A DNA stretch of 64,000 bases from Octopus sinensis (GCF_006345805.1 NC_043003.1:57412001-57476000); one strand, 5' to 3'; shown: positions 38,241 to 54,017, counted from the stretch's first letter. The notes: generated by a model not told the origin, from the letters alone. A program made the numbers and translations.

Positions 38241-38519
38241 AAATTATAATTTAGGGTGTCTAAGAGATACCTCCACACTGGAAATAGCAGCCAAAACTTG
38301 ACTCTAAAACCAAATTAAATGTTTATACAGCACCACTCTCCTGGTGCTGTATGAACAGTTAATGTGGTTTTAGAGTCAAGTTTTGGCTGCTATTTCCAGT
38401 GTGGAGGTATCTCTTAGGTACCCTAAATTATAATTTTAATAATATTTCCTTTGAGGGATTTTATTCCCATGCTGGCCACTTGATAAGATCGATATTTAAA
38501 TCAACGATCTTATCCTTTA
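38241..38519 (+). mobile_element. Hairpin-form element in (TA)n: 95-bp arms, 6-nt loop, ~82-nt tail
   Basis: 38241-38335 is inverted at 38342-38436; contains ttttggctgctatttc and ccctaaattataat, as in 25371-26054. Confidence 0.75.
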
Positions 38520-38799
38520 TATATATATATATTTAAATAATGAGGGAGATAAATTGAATATTTATTTGATTAATATCAATTTAAAACCAGTTGCCTAGTA
38601 TATAAAAAATCTGAAAAATTAGAGAAAATGTCAATACATGTGTATATTTAGAGCTAAAAATCCACTATGTGGACAGCCATATGCTAGAAGAACATCACAT
38701 ACGATCTAACTACAAAGAAAGAATGTTCTCCAGAGAAAATTCAGCGAACACCAGAACATAGGCGGGTAAGTCATGAAAATTACATAAAAATCAATAATT

Positions 38800-38875
38800 A
38801 ATCGTATACCGGTTTCTTCTATTACCGAATAAATTACTTACGTAATCCTTCGTCCGTAGATTCATCAATGCGATC
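38800..38875 (-). ncRNA. Degenerate type I hammerhead in an element ending at (TA)n ~38531
   Basis: Minus strand: GAUCGcA-uUGAUGA-aUCUA..UAGAa-GAAA-CCGG-UA-UaCGAUU; C3U core change. Confidence 0.6.
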
Positions 38876-39164
38876 GTTCCAAATTCAATATAATTTGCAA
38901 AATTAAACACTAGTTTTCTGTATAAAACCAGACACGTGCTTAAGGATATAGAAAATACTTTTCCCATGCTGCAAATAGACGTCAAATCGTCAAGCCATTT
39001 AAAAATTATCATTTTTTTTATAGTACACAGTGTGCTGAAATCGAGCGAGTCGGCTCGCAGAAATTCATAAATTAGTTAACCTTGAATTGATCAATTTCTG
39101 GCATAGTCCAATAACTTTTCCTCATCAGCAAGACATACTTAGGGAAATGAATAAGATATCTATG

Positions 39165-40114
39165 CGAGGAGGTATCATAAAGTTGCTGGTCTAGTTCTGT
39201 AGCGCGCCAACAGATGGTAGCACACGGCTGCGTGCGCAGTGAGAGGTAGCAGTGACCTTCATGAGACAGTGTACTGAGTGACATCGTGGAGAAAATTCAT
39301 CAGCTTGTGCATGAGGAACATCGGACGACAACCAGCGACATTGTTAATGTTGTTTGTCTGCCGTATAGGTCCGTGCGAGCAATCCTAACATCTGGATTCT
39401 TCACGATGACAATGCACCCTGTCACCGAGCCGTTCTCACTCGTCAGTTACTCGCCAAAAAACGACATGGTATCGCTTCTGCTCCCGCGCTATTTGCCAGA
39501 TTTAGAAACCTGCAGACTTCTATCTCTTGCCCAAGAGGAAAATGCAGTTCAAAGGTTTCCCTTTTGATATCGTTGTAGAGATCGAGAACGAATCGCCGAT
39601 GGCCTTCCACTTGCTTACGGAAAACGACTTCCAGGCCGGATTTCAAAATTGGCAGGAACCCTGGGTCCAGTGTATTGCTGTGCAACGTGACGATATTGTT
39701 GATGTTGTTTGTCTGTAGTATGGGTCTGTTCGAGCAATCCTAACATCTGGATTCTTCACCTCGACAATACACGCTGTCACCGAGCCGTCCTTACTCGTGA
39801 GTTACTCGCCAAAAACGATATGGTATCGCTTCTGCTCCCGCCCTATTTGACAGATTTAGAAACCTACAGACTTCCATATCTTGCCCAAGAGGAGAGTGCC
39901 GGTCAAAGGTTTCCCCTTTGATATCGTTGTAGAGATCGAGAACGAATCGCCGATGGCCTTCCACTTGCTTACCGAAAACGATTTCCAGGCCGGATTCCAA
40001 AATTGGCAGGAACCCTGGGACCAGAATATTGCTGCGCAACGTGACTATTTCGAAGGAGATGCTGTTAAAACTTATTAAACATAATGAGTTCAGGAACCTT
40101 TTAATGCCAACTCG
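39165..40114 (+). mobile_element. Mariner remnant with tandem duplication of the catalytic C-terminal ~352 bp
   Basis: WILHDDNAPCH and YLPDL (YSPDL-like) motifs occur twice; imperfect cgagg...ctcg ends; frameshifted. Confidence 0.8.
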
Positions 40115-40823
40115 TGCGAAAAAGAGTAGAACACAATTATGGCCTAGGTAATTTACATAATTTTAACAAGGATACATACACAAATACATACATACAATTA
40201 CATACAAAAAAATATGAATGAATTTAGAATTTGGCAAGTCGGTTATTCAACAGAATTAATGTTGCCGTTATTCCTCTTATCAAAAAGAATTAGACGAGTT
40301 AGATTCATAGTAAAATATCAGGTAATTTAAAGTGCGTCAACTCTTTTTAGAACACAGAAGCAAATTTTGTTGTTTAAGATGTTATTGTTGTTGAATGTAT
40401 TTCAAGCGAATTAATATTTAAACACAAAGTATATTTAAAATAAAGGCATTTACGGAAGTATTCATTTCAATGGAGATTTGTTTTGTGGTAGAAGTGTGCG
40501 ACTACGGAAAAGATAACCACAGGATATTGGATTCGGGGATATGCTAACATATGAAGGAAGATTATATGTGCATATTATCAAAGAAGATTATATATGCATA
40601 AATATGTATACACACGTACGTGTATTTACAGGCAAGTATGTATGTGCATAAATGTTCATATATATATATCTATACGTGTGTATGCATGTGAGTGTGGGCG
40701 TATACACACGTACGTGTGTTTGCAGGCAAGTATGTATGTGCGTAAATGTTCATATATATATATACACGTGTGTGTGCATGTGAGTGTGGGCGTTTTTACA
40801 CACACGTACATATATCTATATTC

Positions 40824-40860
<37 letters not shown>

Positions 40861-40861
<1 letters not shown>

Positions 40862-40931
40862 GCGTGTGCCCGTGTGAGTGTGTGTGTGTGCGTATATACG
40901 TTTGTGCACATACATTTATATATGTATATAT

Positions 40932-41027
<96 letters not shown>

Positions 41028-41148
41028 AATATGCGTGTGCCCGTGTGAGTGTGTGTGTGTGTGCGTATATACGTTTGTGCACATACATTTATATATGTAT
41101 ATATGTACACACACACACACACAAACACACAACACACACACACACACA

Positions 41149-41208
<60 letters not shown>

Positions 41209-41281
41209 ATATATGCGTGTGCCCGTGTGAGTGTGTGTGTGCGTATATACGTTTGTGCACATACATTATATATGTATATAT

Positions 41282-41335
<54 letters not shown>
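40861..41335. repeat. Three tandem ~175-bp compound-microsatellite units
   Basis: tgcgtgtgcccgtgtgag...tatacgtttgtgcacatac at 40861, 41032 and 41214. Confidence 0.85.
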
Positions 41336-41346
<11 letters not shown>

Positions 41347-41352
41347 ATATAT

Positions 41353-41387
<35 letters not shown>

Positions 41388-42423
41388 GTATGTGTGTATG
41401 TACATACATATGTATATATGTGCATATATACATACATACATGCATACATAAAAACGTACATACATACATACATGCATATATATATGAGCATGTTTATGGG
41501 GGGGTATATAATTATTTAATTATTGAACTTGGAATTTACAGTCTTCTTTTAAACCACCAATTTATTAAGTTTCATTAATTTTATTTATCTTTTCTACTCT
41601 AGTTAAATTCTTTATAACTTGTCTCCTTTTTTCTATTTCTAATTGAGCATATTTTTTTGTATTATTTAATTCATCTCTATTTTATTTTAATCCACTTTAA
41701 CTTTATCTTATGTTAATAATATATATTCTAATTCCTATTCCTTTGCATTTACATTCTTAGAATTTCTCTTGGATTTACATCATTTGTTTTCTACGTAATG
41801 CATTTCGTTAGATAATACCATTGTTCCAATATATAACAAACTGTACTCTATAACATCTAATTTACACTCCTACGTGTTATTAAAATAATACAATTTTGTA
41901 AAAGATGTTATTTAAAGATATCTATGTTATTCATTGAACTCTTTGCACATTTATAGAAGAAAAAGATTTCTTCATTTTTGAAATTTTAATTTACTTATAT
42001 TATTTATATACTTTTTGCTGGAAAATCAAGAAGAGAAATTCAATTAAATTTATCCATTTTCTTTCAAACATACATGCATATATACGCACACAAACACACG
42101 CACATACACATACATAGCTATATATACATAAACACACACACACACATTCACACATACACACACACATACATACACACACACACACTTATTCATAGCCGTA
42201 ATTTGCCAGGAATAATGTTATATTGCGTTATATAGGATTGTACTTTTATTTCCTGAAAATGAAGACGGTTATATTAAAGCCAATTCATGGGCAAGTTGTT
42301 AATATATATATATATATATATACACACATATGCTTGCAGGTATGTGATTGTACATGTGCGTGAGGGTGCAACTAAATCTGCCTGCATTTGTGTGAGAGAG
42401 AGAGTATGCATGTGTGTGTGTGT

Positions 42424-42494
<71 letters not shown>

Positions 42495-43656
42495 CGTTTG
42501 TGTGTGTGTGGGCGAGTGTATTAAAGACAATAACATAATTTAATTTTAACAGAAATACGTCACCTGAATTTAGAGGAATACACATGGAGCTCTAAACGCT
42601 GGTTAATTATCGATCAATTTAAATAACTATCTCCCCCTCTTTCTCTCTCTCTATATATATATATGTGTGTATGTATATATATATATGTGTGTATGTGTAT
42701 ATATATATATATATTATATATATAATATATATATATATGCATCTCTATATATATATGTAATTTAGCCCCAGGAGACATCGTCTCCAGCTCCCTATACGAC
42801 ACGATCTGTGTCCTTGCATTTTCGAACAAGGGAATCTAGCCCACAAAACAATACCTGTGAATCATGATTTCTGGGTTATTTCACTTCATCCAGAACTGCC
42901 ATGTTAATATGGCAAACAATCTTAACTACAAAGTACTGTTGCTGAATATCTCACGTTCTGAGATTTAAAAATAGTAATTTTCTAATCATTCATAGAGTTC
43001 GAATGAAAAATATTTTGAAATGAAATAACACATTATAGAAAAGCGAAAGAACACAAAGAAATAAACAAACCAACTAATATTTGAGATGTTGTATGCTATA
43101 CCAACAAAACAATGAAGAGGTCACCACAAGAAAGTAACATTTATCAGCGTAGTCAACAAACCCCAATGTATAGCAGCAGTACTTGACCTCCTGTTGAGCT
43201 CAGAATTTACTGAAGATAGTAATGCCTTAAAGGAAATCAAACACAAACATGTACAAACCCATCCTTAAAATCTGCTGAATGAATAGCAAAATAAATCCAG
43301 CAACACCACACACACTTCCATCCGTATATAACTACCATTCTTTCCTCTATTCCCATCAACTTCAGCTTCTCCCCCACCAAATACACACAGAAACACCCGC
43401 ATAACCCGTTTGCCCTTAAGACTGGTAAAAAGAGGAAAACATCCTTCGTTGGTTCATCTACTAATGAGAAATCGCCTGAAGAAATGAATAAATGATGATG
43501 ATCAACCGGAAGCTCACGGATAATACAGACTACACTGTAATCATCCCAGGAATACGGACTGTGATCTTAAAAGTCACGTGATTTGTGGAAACGCAGGTAG
43601 CGATGCATTAAATACTTATAAATTCCATCCTAGGATTATTATTATTATTATTATTA

Positions 43657-44665
43657 TTTTTTTTTTTTTTTTTTCTTCTTTCAAATATGCTTCCATTTCT
43701 TGCCGAGTGTCTTCCCGACTCCTAGGGCAAAGAAACTCATAGGTACATTGGTAGGCCATTAGACTAAACAATAGTTCGTTCATTTTTTTTTTTAAGTTAA
43801 ATAAAAATACATGAGCAGCAACAGTTCTCACATCGACAATGCTCTTCTCAATACGTGTGAGGTACCAGTTAAGACAATCTTTTGCACTTCTTGCAGGGAT
43901 GGTAGCCAGGGATCATTCTCATATAATTTTCGGTTCCCTTCTTGGTCATTCCTAGTGCTCCTACGATCAACTGGTATTGTAACCGCCTTGAGATGCCACA
44001 TTTTCTCAATTTCAATGAGTAGGTCTTTATATTTTTCTGAGCTTGTCAAACTCTTTCGCTGAGATATTATGATCACAGGGGATGCTCATGTCAATCAATA
44101 AGCAAACTTTATTGTTTTGTCTTTCACAAACAATATCTGGTTTATTGGCCTTGATGGTTCGGTCTGTATGTACTGGAAAGTCCCACAGAATCGTTACATT
44201 TTCTCCTTCAGTTACAGCCTCAGGGTGGTGATTATACCACTTGTTGGCAGTTTTGATATTGTAATGCCGACTTATTAGCCAGTGGAGATATTGGCCAACT
44301 CTGTCAGGTCTTAATTTATACTCCACTGGTGCTAAGACTTTACATCCAGAGATTAGGTGGTCCACTGTTTCAATCATGTCGTTGGCAGAATCGGCATTTT
44401 GGGTCTGCTCCATTTTTCATCACATTGGCCTCGTAGTTCCGGGTTAATAGGCTTTGATCTTGAGCAGCCAGGATGAAACATTCGCTCTCTGCTTTTAGCC
44501 CTGAGCTCCGTAGCCACTGATGGGTTTGCTTCTGGTCAACATCAGCTTGTTTGCTGCGGGTCACATATTTGCCGTGCAGAGGTTTCTCCTCCCACCTATC
44601 AGCCAATTGCTCGTGCGCTTTTTTCATTGCCATCATTTTCACCTTCTTTGCAACAATAGTTGCCG
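43657..44665 (-). pseudogene. 5'-truncated R4/Dong-type non-LTR retrotransposon (zinc knuckle and restriction-like endonuclease)
   Basis: Frameshifted ORFs with KPLHGKY, AAQDQSLLTRNY, CRFC..ETVDHLISGC and WDFPVHTDRTIKANKPDIV..LLIDMSIP..KE..K..KY; poly(A) followed by (TAA)n. Confidence 0.9.
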
Positions 44666-44833
44666 TAAGAGTGCAGTGCATGTCAGATAAGTGACACTGG
44701 GGTAAAATATACGAAGCCCAGTATACCCATCATGGCTATACGTCTGATAAGGGTACATCAGGCACATCACAGCTTATTTTGCTGGGTACGATGGAAAGTA
44801 TAAATGTCCACAGCAAACACACTAATCATATAC

Positions 44834-44922
<89 letters not shown>

Positions 44923-45314
44923 TATATATAAGTATATGTATATGCACGCGTGTTTGTGTGTGCCTGTATGATGTGTATATGCTTGTATGCATATTTTTAA
45001 GTATGCACATTAACAAAAAAATCTAACCAATCTCTTTAATGTGAGGAAAGAGCTTGCACAAGGCCGGTCCCACCCACTGAACAGTAAATACATTTGTCGA
45101 TAAAAGAAGAATTAGTTTGCAACTGTGGATCTAAACAGTCACTCACAGATGTAACGGACAATGCGTGCATACATACATACATACAGGCGTTGATGATGGT
45201 TGCAACTCGATTTTAAGTAATGCCATCGTTTCATTGTTCTCTTAAAACAGTATGGATGTGGTTTTTCAGTCCTGCCAGAGGGTTACAATCTCAGTACTGA
45301 GGTGAAAAGGACGG

Positions 45315-45880
45315 GCGGATCATTGTGGTTTTCGTCACTGTTTACAGTTATCTTCAAAAAAATTTCTAATGCATCATATAGATGTAATTTTTGACGCTGA
45401 ATCCGAATTTCTTATTCGTTTATTCCAGAAATTTTTTACAAAAATGCTACAGTTATTCAAAGTTTTATAATTTTCACAATTTTCAGCCAATCAGAAAACC
45501 ACGTTCGCTGCCTCTTCCATCGGTATGTCAAAACATAAAATAAATTATCTTTCTCGTATTTCCTTCTCCTCCTTGTGCGCATGTGCAGCATCTTTGATTA
45601 CTACGGAAACAGCTTTTTGCAATCAGCTATGGAAAACGTGGTGCTTCTTTGCTTTGGTTGCTATGGAATTAGAAACTTTCGCCTCGGTGATATGTAAAAT
45701 ACTCGCTTCTGATTGGCTAAAATACCCAAATTTTGCACATTTTAATGGCTAATAATATTTTAATTGCGGATTTATCGGGGAAATGAATTTCATTTTCATA
45801 ATTAGTATACAAAACTTAATCAATATACCAAATTTGAAAACAATTGGAACAAAACAGTGACGAAAACCACAAAGATCCCG
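45315..45880. mobile_element. Non-autonomous TIR element, superfamily unassigned
   Basis: ggatcattgtggttttcgtcactgtttt / aaaacagtgacgaaaaccacaaagatcc; internal inverted agccaatcagaa / ttctgattggct. Confidence 0.8.
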
Positions 45881-46564
45881 ATGAGCGCCTCTTGCAACAG
45901 TTGTTCAGTTAGCTTATTACCCGCGCTCACAGCTTTCTTTCTATCGTGGAGATTTCATTGATTATTTTGCCTTTTTTTGCTTACGGCTAGCTACAATGTA
46001 CCACAGTAGAGATACTAAAAATTAGGCGATACCTGTTCCTGAAGCCTTTACAGAGAGAAACGTTCTTGCAGGGATCCAATCCCACTCTTTAAACAACGTG
46101 TTCATTGACCTTGAAAGGACTTCTATATATCACTGATGCAAACGTTATAACAGATGTTACATCAGAGATTTACTTTTCCCATAGAGATGAGGGGTCTCTC
46201 ACTTCCTTTGATTCTACTGGGTTCACCCGTCCTTTAACAGGTTCTATTTTTTGTCCTGCCGTGTATCCAACAAAATAAATAAATAAATAAATAAATAAAA
46301 ACATACTTCTTACCAAGCAAGCTTGGTAGTGTTACTGGTCTGGTAACCGATGGCCTGAACTTGCGACTAATTATACTGGTTACATGCCACTAGAGGAACT
46401 GGACATATTGTATATGTCTGTCTGCAAGTATGTATGTACATATGTACGAATGAGTTTAGACAAGGGACTGTTCCTATCGTTCGAAGAACATGATAACTTG
46501 TTACTCTTTGAAATATGGTGGCCGAGTTAATGAGGGGCATTTGTACACTGCCCATATTAAAATC

Positions 46565-47170
46565 CTTCCTCTGACAGGCAAAGGGCTTGAAATGTGGATA
46601 GGTAGTCGATTACATAGACCCTAGTACTCAACTGGTACTTATTTCATCGATCCCAAAGGAATAAAGGCAAAGTCACCCTCGAGGGAATTTGAACTCAGAA
46701 CATGAAGTCGGACGAAATGCTGCAGAGCATTTTGTCCGGGGCGCTAACGATTCAACCAGCTCGCCACCTTAGCAATGATAATAATAAAGTTTCAAAAAGA
46801 CGTCGACCACCGTGGCATTTGAACTCAGAAATAAAATGGAAAGAAATGCCGCTTAGTATTTGTTTCTGTGGCGGCAACGATTCTGCCAAGACGACACCTA
46901 TATAATCTATACTGCTATAGGCACAAGCCCTCAAATTTGTAGGGAGGATACTAGTCAATTACATCGACTCCAGTGTATCACTGGTACTTGAAAGGTAAAA
47001 GACAAAGTCGACATCAGCGGTATTTGAACTCAGAACGTAGCGACGGTCGAGATACCTTTAAGCATTTCATCAATGCGCCAACGATTCTTTTCTATTCTAG
47101 GGACAAGGCCCGAAATTTGGGGGGAGGGGTCAGTCAATTAGATCGACCCCAGTACGCAACTGGTGCTTAA
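46565..47170 (-). mobile_element. Cluster of about 4 SINE family B copies
   Basis: Repeated tttgaactcagaa and tcgattacatcgaccccagt modules. Confidence 0.75.
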
Positions 47171-47182
47171 TTTGTCCCTCAA

Positions 47183-47363
47183 AACCGCTTGACAACCGAT
47201 GCTCGTGTGTTTACGTCCCCGTAACTTAGCAGTTCGGCAAAAGAGACGGATAGAATAAGTACTAGGCTTACAAAGGATAAGTCCTGGGATCGATTTGCTC
47301 GACTAAAGGCGGTACTCCAGCATGGCCACAGTCAAATGACTGAAACAAGTAAAAGAGTAAAAG

Positions 47364-47365
<2 letters not shown>
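47183..47365 (+). mobile_element. SINE family A tail, near consensus
   Basis: accgcttgacaaccgatg...tgaaacaagtaaaagagtaaaagag. Confidence 0.8.
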
Positions 47366-47412
<47 letters not shown>

Positions 47413-48306
47413 TTTCGTTTCTCTTGTTTCAGCTCAGAGCTGCGGCCATGCTGATGCACCGCCGTGTGTATATATATATACATACATACATACATACATA
47501 CACACACACATACATACATACATACATACACACACACACTCGCACACGCATACATACATACATACATACATACATACATACATACATACATACATACATA
47601 CATACATACATACGTACACATGCACGGACACCGGTTATAACTTGTATGAAAGGGAACGAAACGGCTGTGTAGTTCAAAACAGTTAACCGGCTTTCGCACT
47701 TCCTTCGTTTCCTGCAAAGCGAACTTGTCATGTTGTCACATTACTGCGTTTCATATGAAATATTTCCTTTAAGTAAAAACTTGCGCTGACTTTTAGTGAA
47801 TTCAATAATGAACAGGAAAATGGGACGCACTTGTTTGTTTCTGTCATCTATGCATCATAACCCTCTCTGCTTGTCTTTTTTTCCTTATCTCTCTACCAGT
47901 CTCTCTCCATAACTCTCCCACTCTCTCTCTCTCTCTCTCTCTATCTCCCTCTCCCTCTCTCTTTCTCTCTCTCCCTCTCTCCTTCTCTCTCTCTCCCTCA
48001 GTCGCTATCGAATTCATCCACCCCCTTCTTTATCTTTCCATCTCATCCCTTCTGTATCTATATATCTATCTCTACATATCTATATATATATATATATATA
48101 TATATTAATCTATATATATATATATATATTATATATATATATACACATATATATATGTAATTATTTGTATCTTTGTATCTGTCAATCTATTCTATATGTG
48201 TGTGTATGTGAGCGCGCTTCTATTTTGTGTGTGTGTGTGTATGTGTGTTGCATAATATGTATTTATATATATATATATATATATATGTTGTGTGTGTGTT
48301 TGTGTA

Positions 48307-48341
<35 letters not shown>

Positions 48342-48823
48342 GTGTATGTATGTATGTATGTGTGCATGTATGTATATATGTGTGTATGTATGTATGTGTG
48401 TGTGTAAGTATGTATGTGTGTATGTATGTGTGTGTATGTATGTGTGTATGTACGTATATATGTATGTAATGAGAGAGAAATCATGAGGAGAGAGTAGTGC
48501 TATAAAAAGAATGCGCCGTTCTGTTTTGTCAATTTGTATGACTTACCATTTGACTGGCAGTTATTCTGTTACAATATTTCCTTATCTATTTTCATTCTTA
48601 CCTTCCTTCCTTCCTTTACTGTTTCTTTCCTTCCTTCTTTCATTTTCCTTTCTTTCTTTCTTTCTTTCTTCCTCCCTCTCTTTCTTACATTCATTCATTC
48701 TTCATTCTTATTTTGTCTTCCCCTTGCTCTTCGAAGCCAAACAAATGTTACCCCATCTCAATGCTGTTTACAGCTTTTATCAAATATCACCATCAAAAAA
48801 CTACTACTACTACTACTACCACC

Positions 48824-49089
<266 letters not shown>

Positions 49090-49338
49090 GACTTCCATTG
49101 CTACAACCACCATCGCCTCAACCACCTCCACGAAGCAGTGACGAAAAGCAATAGATGGTCGCTGGGCTGTTTCGACATAGAAACCAAATACTTCACAATT
49201 CATAATCCGCAGGCTTATAGGACAAACTGGTTAATTGAAATAGATTCGAACATTAAAAAACTTCCTTGTGGGTTAAATTAAGATGTGCGCAGGTTTTTTT
49301 TAATGTTATTACTGTGTTTAAACACTATATCTATCTAC

Positions 49339-49381
<43 letters not shown>

Positions 49382-49614
49382 CTTTTTTTTCTCTTTTTAT
49401 TCTTTTTATTTTATTCAATTTTTTTTTGTTTTTGTTCTTTTCTTCCCTTTTACGATCCCTCTTGATCGAAAACCTACGCCACCCCTTTTTTTTTCTTTTG
49501 TTTTTTGTTCTCTTCATCCCCCAAAAGAAAAGCTCTACCTTGTAACTTGTTCCATCTGTGTGCAGCCCTGTGTGGCCAATAAAGAAACTTATCTATCTAT
49601 CTATCTATTTATCT

Positions 49615-49672
<58 letters not shown>

Positions 49673-49679
49673 AATCTAT

Positions 49680-49731
<52 letters not shown>

Positions 49732-50167
49732 TTTTCTATATATATATATATATATATATATATTCATATGTATATATATATATATTCATATATATATAAA
49801 AACACGCATACATATATATATGTATATGTGTGTGTGTGTGTGTGTGTGTTGTCTTTAGGCTTTCACTTCATACACGCCAGCTCACTTTCATTCGTTCTCA
49901 GTCGAAAAAACACCTGTTGTTATATTCTTGTTCGTTTTCGTAATTGTGAACCATGTTCTCCGTTTTTTGTCTTTGTCACATTCGTTAGCTTTCTTTAAAA
50001 AATCTTAATGCTTATTAGCTGAGACTTTTTTTGGGGGAGGGGGGGCTACCAGATCGAACTGTCTCAAGTGTAACTGCCAGAACAGCAAGGACATCTGGTA
50101 ACTCTGTCCGCCTGTGTATCATCTATCTGTCGAATGTTTTATTGTCCTCTACTGCGTATTGTGCCAT

Positions 50168-50243
<76 letters not shown>

Positions 50244-50275
50244 TATATAATATATATATAACATATATATATATA

Positions 50276-50388
50276 TTGGCCTGCTCGCTTAGCCAGCGGG
50301 GTGGCGTCATTCGAAGGCAAAAACAATGTGAACGCATTGTGACCAGCGATGTGTAACTACATCTGATGGACTGGTCGGTCACGTGATG

Positions 50389-50393
<5 letters not shown>
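50276..50393 (+). mobile_element. ~115-bp structured interspersed repeat inside (TA)n
   Basis: Homologue of 18101-18219. Confidence 0.75.
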
Positions 50394-50422
<29 letters not shown>

Positions 50423-50464
50423 TCTAGTAAGTACGCGCGCGCGCATGTGTGTATGTGTGTGTGT

Positions 50465-50900
50465 GGTGGGGGGTAGAGTCCTCAGGCACTTCTTTCATAT
50501 GGTCCTATCAGTAGCAACCGTCATTACGTTATCCGGCTGGATTCTCATGCATGACCACCCGAAACTATGCCTATTAGCAAACTATGTCGTTCTTGGTCTA
50601 CCCTTTCTCTGTTATGACATTCCACTCAAATAATTGTACTATATATGGCCTTCGGTAATACGGAGCTAATAGGATTCCGAGCTGGAGAGCCTCCTTCATC
50701 GCGAAGTTACTCACTCTGTCGAGAAAAGGATACTCCGGAGATCCATCGGAGGAACACCATTTCGGCCTCTTGTACCCAACATTCACGAGTATAGGTGTTT
50801 GATAGGCATGGAAAGCTAAATTACGACATCGAGTCTGAGCTGAATAAAAGACACGTCGTCACTGGTGCCGGGGCAAACATTTTCCAAGCATGCCTGTAAG
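50465..50900 (-). mobile_element. Possible RTE-type LINE remnant
   Basis: The minus strand near 50480-50610 reads RKGRPRTT*...VATDRTI*, resembling the RTE ORF C-terminal GRP..W...A.DR..W. Confidence 0.35.
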
Positions 50901-51626
50901 GGGTTTCCCTGTTAAAAGAAACAGAATGTTTTCACAGCATCATGAGCCAAAAACTTTCAAATAAATTAAGGAATATGACTCAATATTTTATGCCTGAGAA
51001 AGATTTTACGCGTAAATTATATATTCTAAATATATCGTATATTTAACACCGAAACGTGTGTATTTCACAAATATTAATTGTTGTATCACACCAATTCTTT
51101 AATTTTAGTTTTTGAATACCCTTTTATCGGGCACTTTGATGTATAGAATCTAACCCCTGATAGATATTGTTAAAAGTTTAAGAGATTTTGTCTTTGTTTA
51201 CGATATATCCCGCTTTTGCTTTATATCAGCTACGAATATACGTGTGTGTGTATGTGTGTGTGTGTGTGTGGGCGCGCGCGCTTATGTATGTATGTATGTA
51301 TGCATGTATGCATGTATTAGAAAACAATTTTGCATCTTTCAATGAAGGGAATATATGCACATATATGTATATGTATATATGTATATATTATATATATATA
51401 TATATATTATATATATACATATACATATACATATATATACACACACACACACACACTATATATATATATATATGAATATATATATATATATATACACATA
51501 TATATACACATATATATATATATATCCATATATATATGGATATATATGTGTGTGAATGCATATATATATATATATGTATATGTATATATGTATATATATA
51601 TATATATACATACATACATACATACA

Positions 51627-51662
<36 letters not shown>

Positions 51663-51922
51663 TGCACTCACGCACACACAATACACCCTTTTTTTATCTC
51701 CCACATACAAAACAAGGGAAAACATTTTGCATTATATTTTAATATCCATGTTTTGATTGATTTTCAACTCATTCCGTTTATATTATGTATTTTACATATT
51801 ATCGCTCCAGCTTTATTTAGATCTATTAAGCCCTATCTCGCAGACATTTCAGGAAAATAAATACGCTCTTGATGTATTTGATGGATATCATACATTTCTG
51901 GGAGTCTGGGGTGTGCGAGTGA

Positions 51923-51957
<35 letters not shown>

Positions 51958-52270
51958 TTGTTATTGTTATAATTATTATTATTACTGTTATTACTTTTTT
52001 ACTATTATCATTATTATGGTGGTTGTTGTTGTTGTTGTTGTTTGTTGTTGTTTGTTGTTGTTGTCATTCTTGATGTTGCTGTGTTAGTTGTTATTACTCG
52101 ACAGACTCATATTTCGTGTCCTAATTTCCTGTTTATGTCATGAAAACTAAATGTGTACACACACACACAGACAAACACACACACACACACACACACACAT
52201 ACAATCATACATACATACATATATGTATATATATATATGTAATATATATTATAATATATATATATATATA

Positions 52271-52313
<43 letters not shown>

Positions 52314-53581
52314 ATATCATAAGTATGTATGAGTGTATGTGTGAAGTGTGTGAATATAAATGTGTGTGTATGTTTATAGACAGACAAATTTATAGACAGA
52401 CAAATTTATAGACAACAAGACAGAGATATTGTGTGACAGAGAGACAGACAGACAGACAAAAAGATCGGTAAGAGATAGATAGATAGAGAGAGAGAGAGAG
52501 ACAAAGAGAGAGAGAGAGATTTAAACATGTATATACATACGCACATATATAAATGCATACATATATTGATACATAGGCACATACATACAAACATACATAC
52601 ATACATACATACGCACATATATACACATACACATAGATACGCGCATACATACATGTATACAAACATACGTACGCACATACATCTACAGACACATATACAT
52701 ACGTACATACATACACACATACATACTTACATACATACATACATACATACATACCTATGCATATACATACATAAAATACACAAGCAAACAGACAAAAAAA
52801 CATACAACATACACACATACAAACATACAGCAAATACCAACATCATCATACATTCATATACAGACATAGATACATACATATGTACCCACATACATACACA
52901 AATACATACATATGCACATGCATATATGTATATACATATACACATACATACTTACACACATATATAAATACATGCACACACACATACATTCACATATACA
53001 TAGATGCATATATACATACTTGCATACATACATACGCACATACATACTTAAATATATAATACGCACATACATATATATATATATATATATATAAATACAT
53101 ACATACACAAAAACATACATACACACATACATACATAAATACAACATATATACATACATACATACATATATATGTACATACGCACATACAAATATACGTA
53201 TGAAATATATTGGGTATAAAGAAGCAGAGATAAGGTGTGAAGAGGGTGAGATCGTCAAAAAAGAGTAAAAAGAGATATCATATGGTACTGTATTATCAAT
53301 GTGTAGATCTCATTAAAGATAACATGTTGTTTATCATAGCAGGTCATAATCAGCCAACACCCTGCACACGCTACCTACCCGTCTCAGGGTATGTCTAGGT
53401 CGTATGTATGTAAGTATATATGTAAGCATTACATATATGTCTGCGTGACTATCAGGATATTGGTATGTATGTATGAACATATACATGCGTATAATACATA
53501 CACACACACGCACATATGCAATTGTATGTATATATGCATGTATATACGTATATATATATGTGCGTGTGTGTTCGTGTGTGT

Positions 53582-53616
<35 letters not shown>

Positions 53617-53747
53617 CTGTGTATGCATGTATATGTGTATCTAATGTTGTTCTGCTCTGTCTGTTCTCGTCTAACTTCCTCTCGTATACTTTCTGTGCAA
53701 CCCTTGATATATATTTACATATATATATGTATATATATATATATATG

Positions 53748-53780
<33 letters not shown>

Positions 53781-53982
53781 ATATATATAATATGTATGTA
53801 TATATATATATATATATATAATATATATATAATATATATATATATTATATATATACATACATATAATACATATATATATACATATATATATACATGTATA
53901 CTATATATATACTCATATAATATATATATATGTATACATATATATATATATGATTATGTATGGACATATATACACGCCGATA

Positions 53983-54017
<35 letters not shown>

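Noticed and set aside
42900-43600. Possible decayed Penelope ORF end with HHR-like remnant
   Set aside because: No convincing GIY-YIG or RT motif and no foldable HHR.
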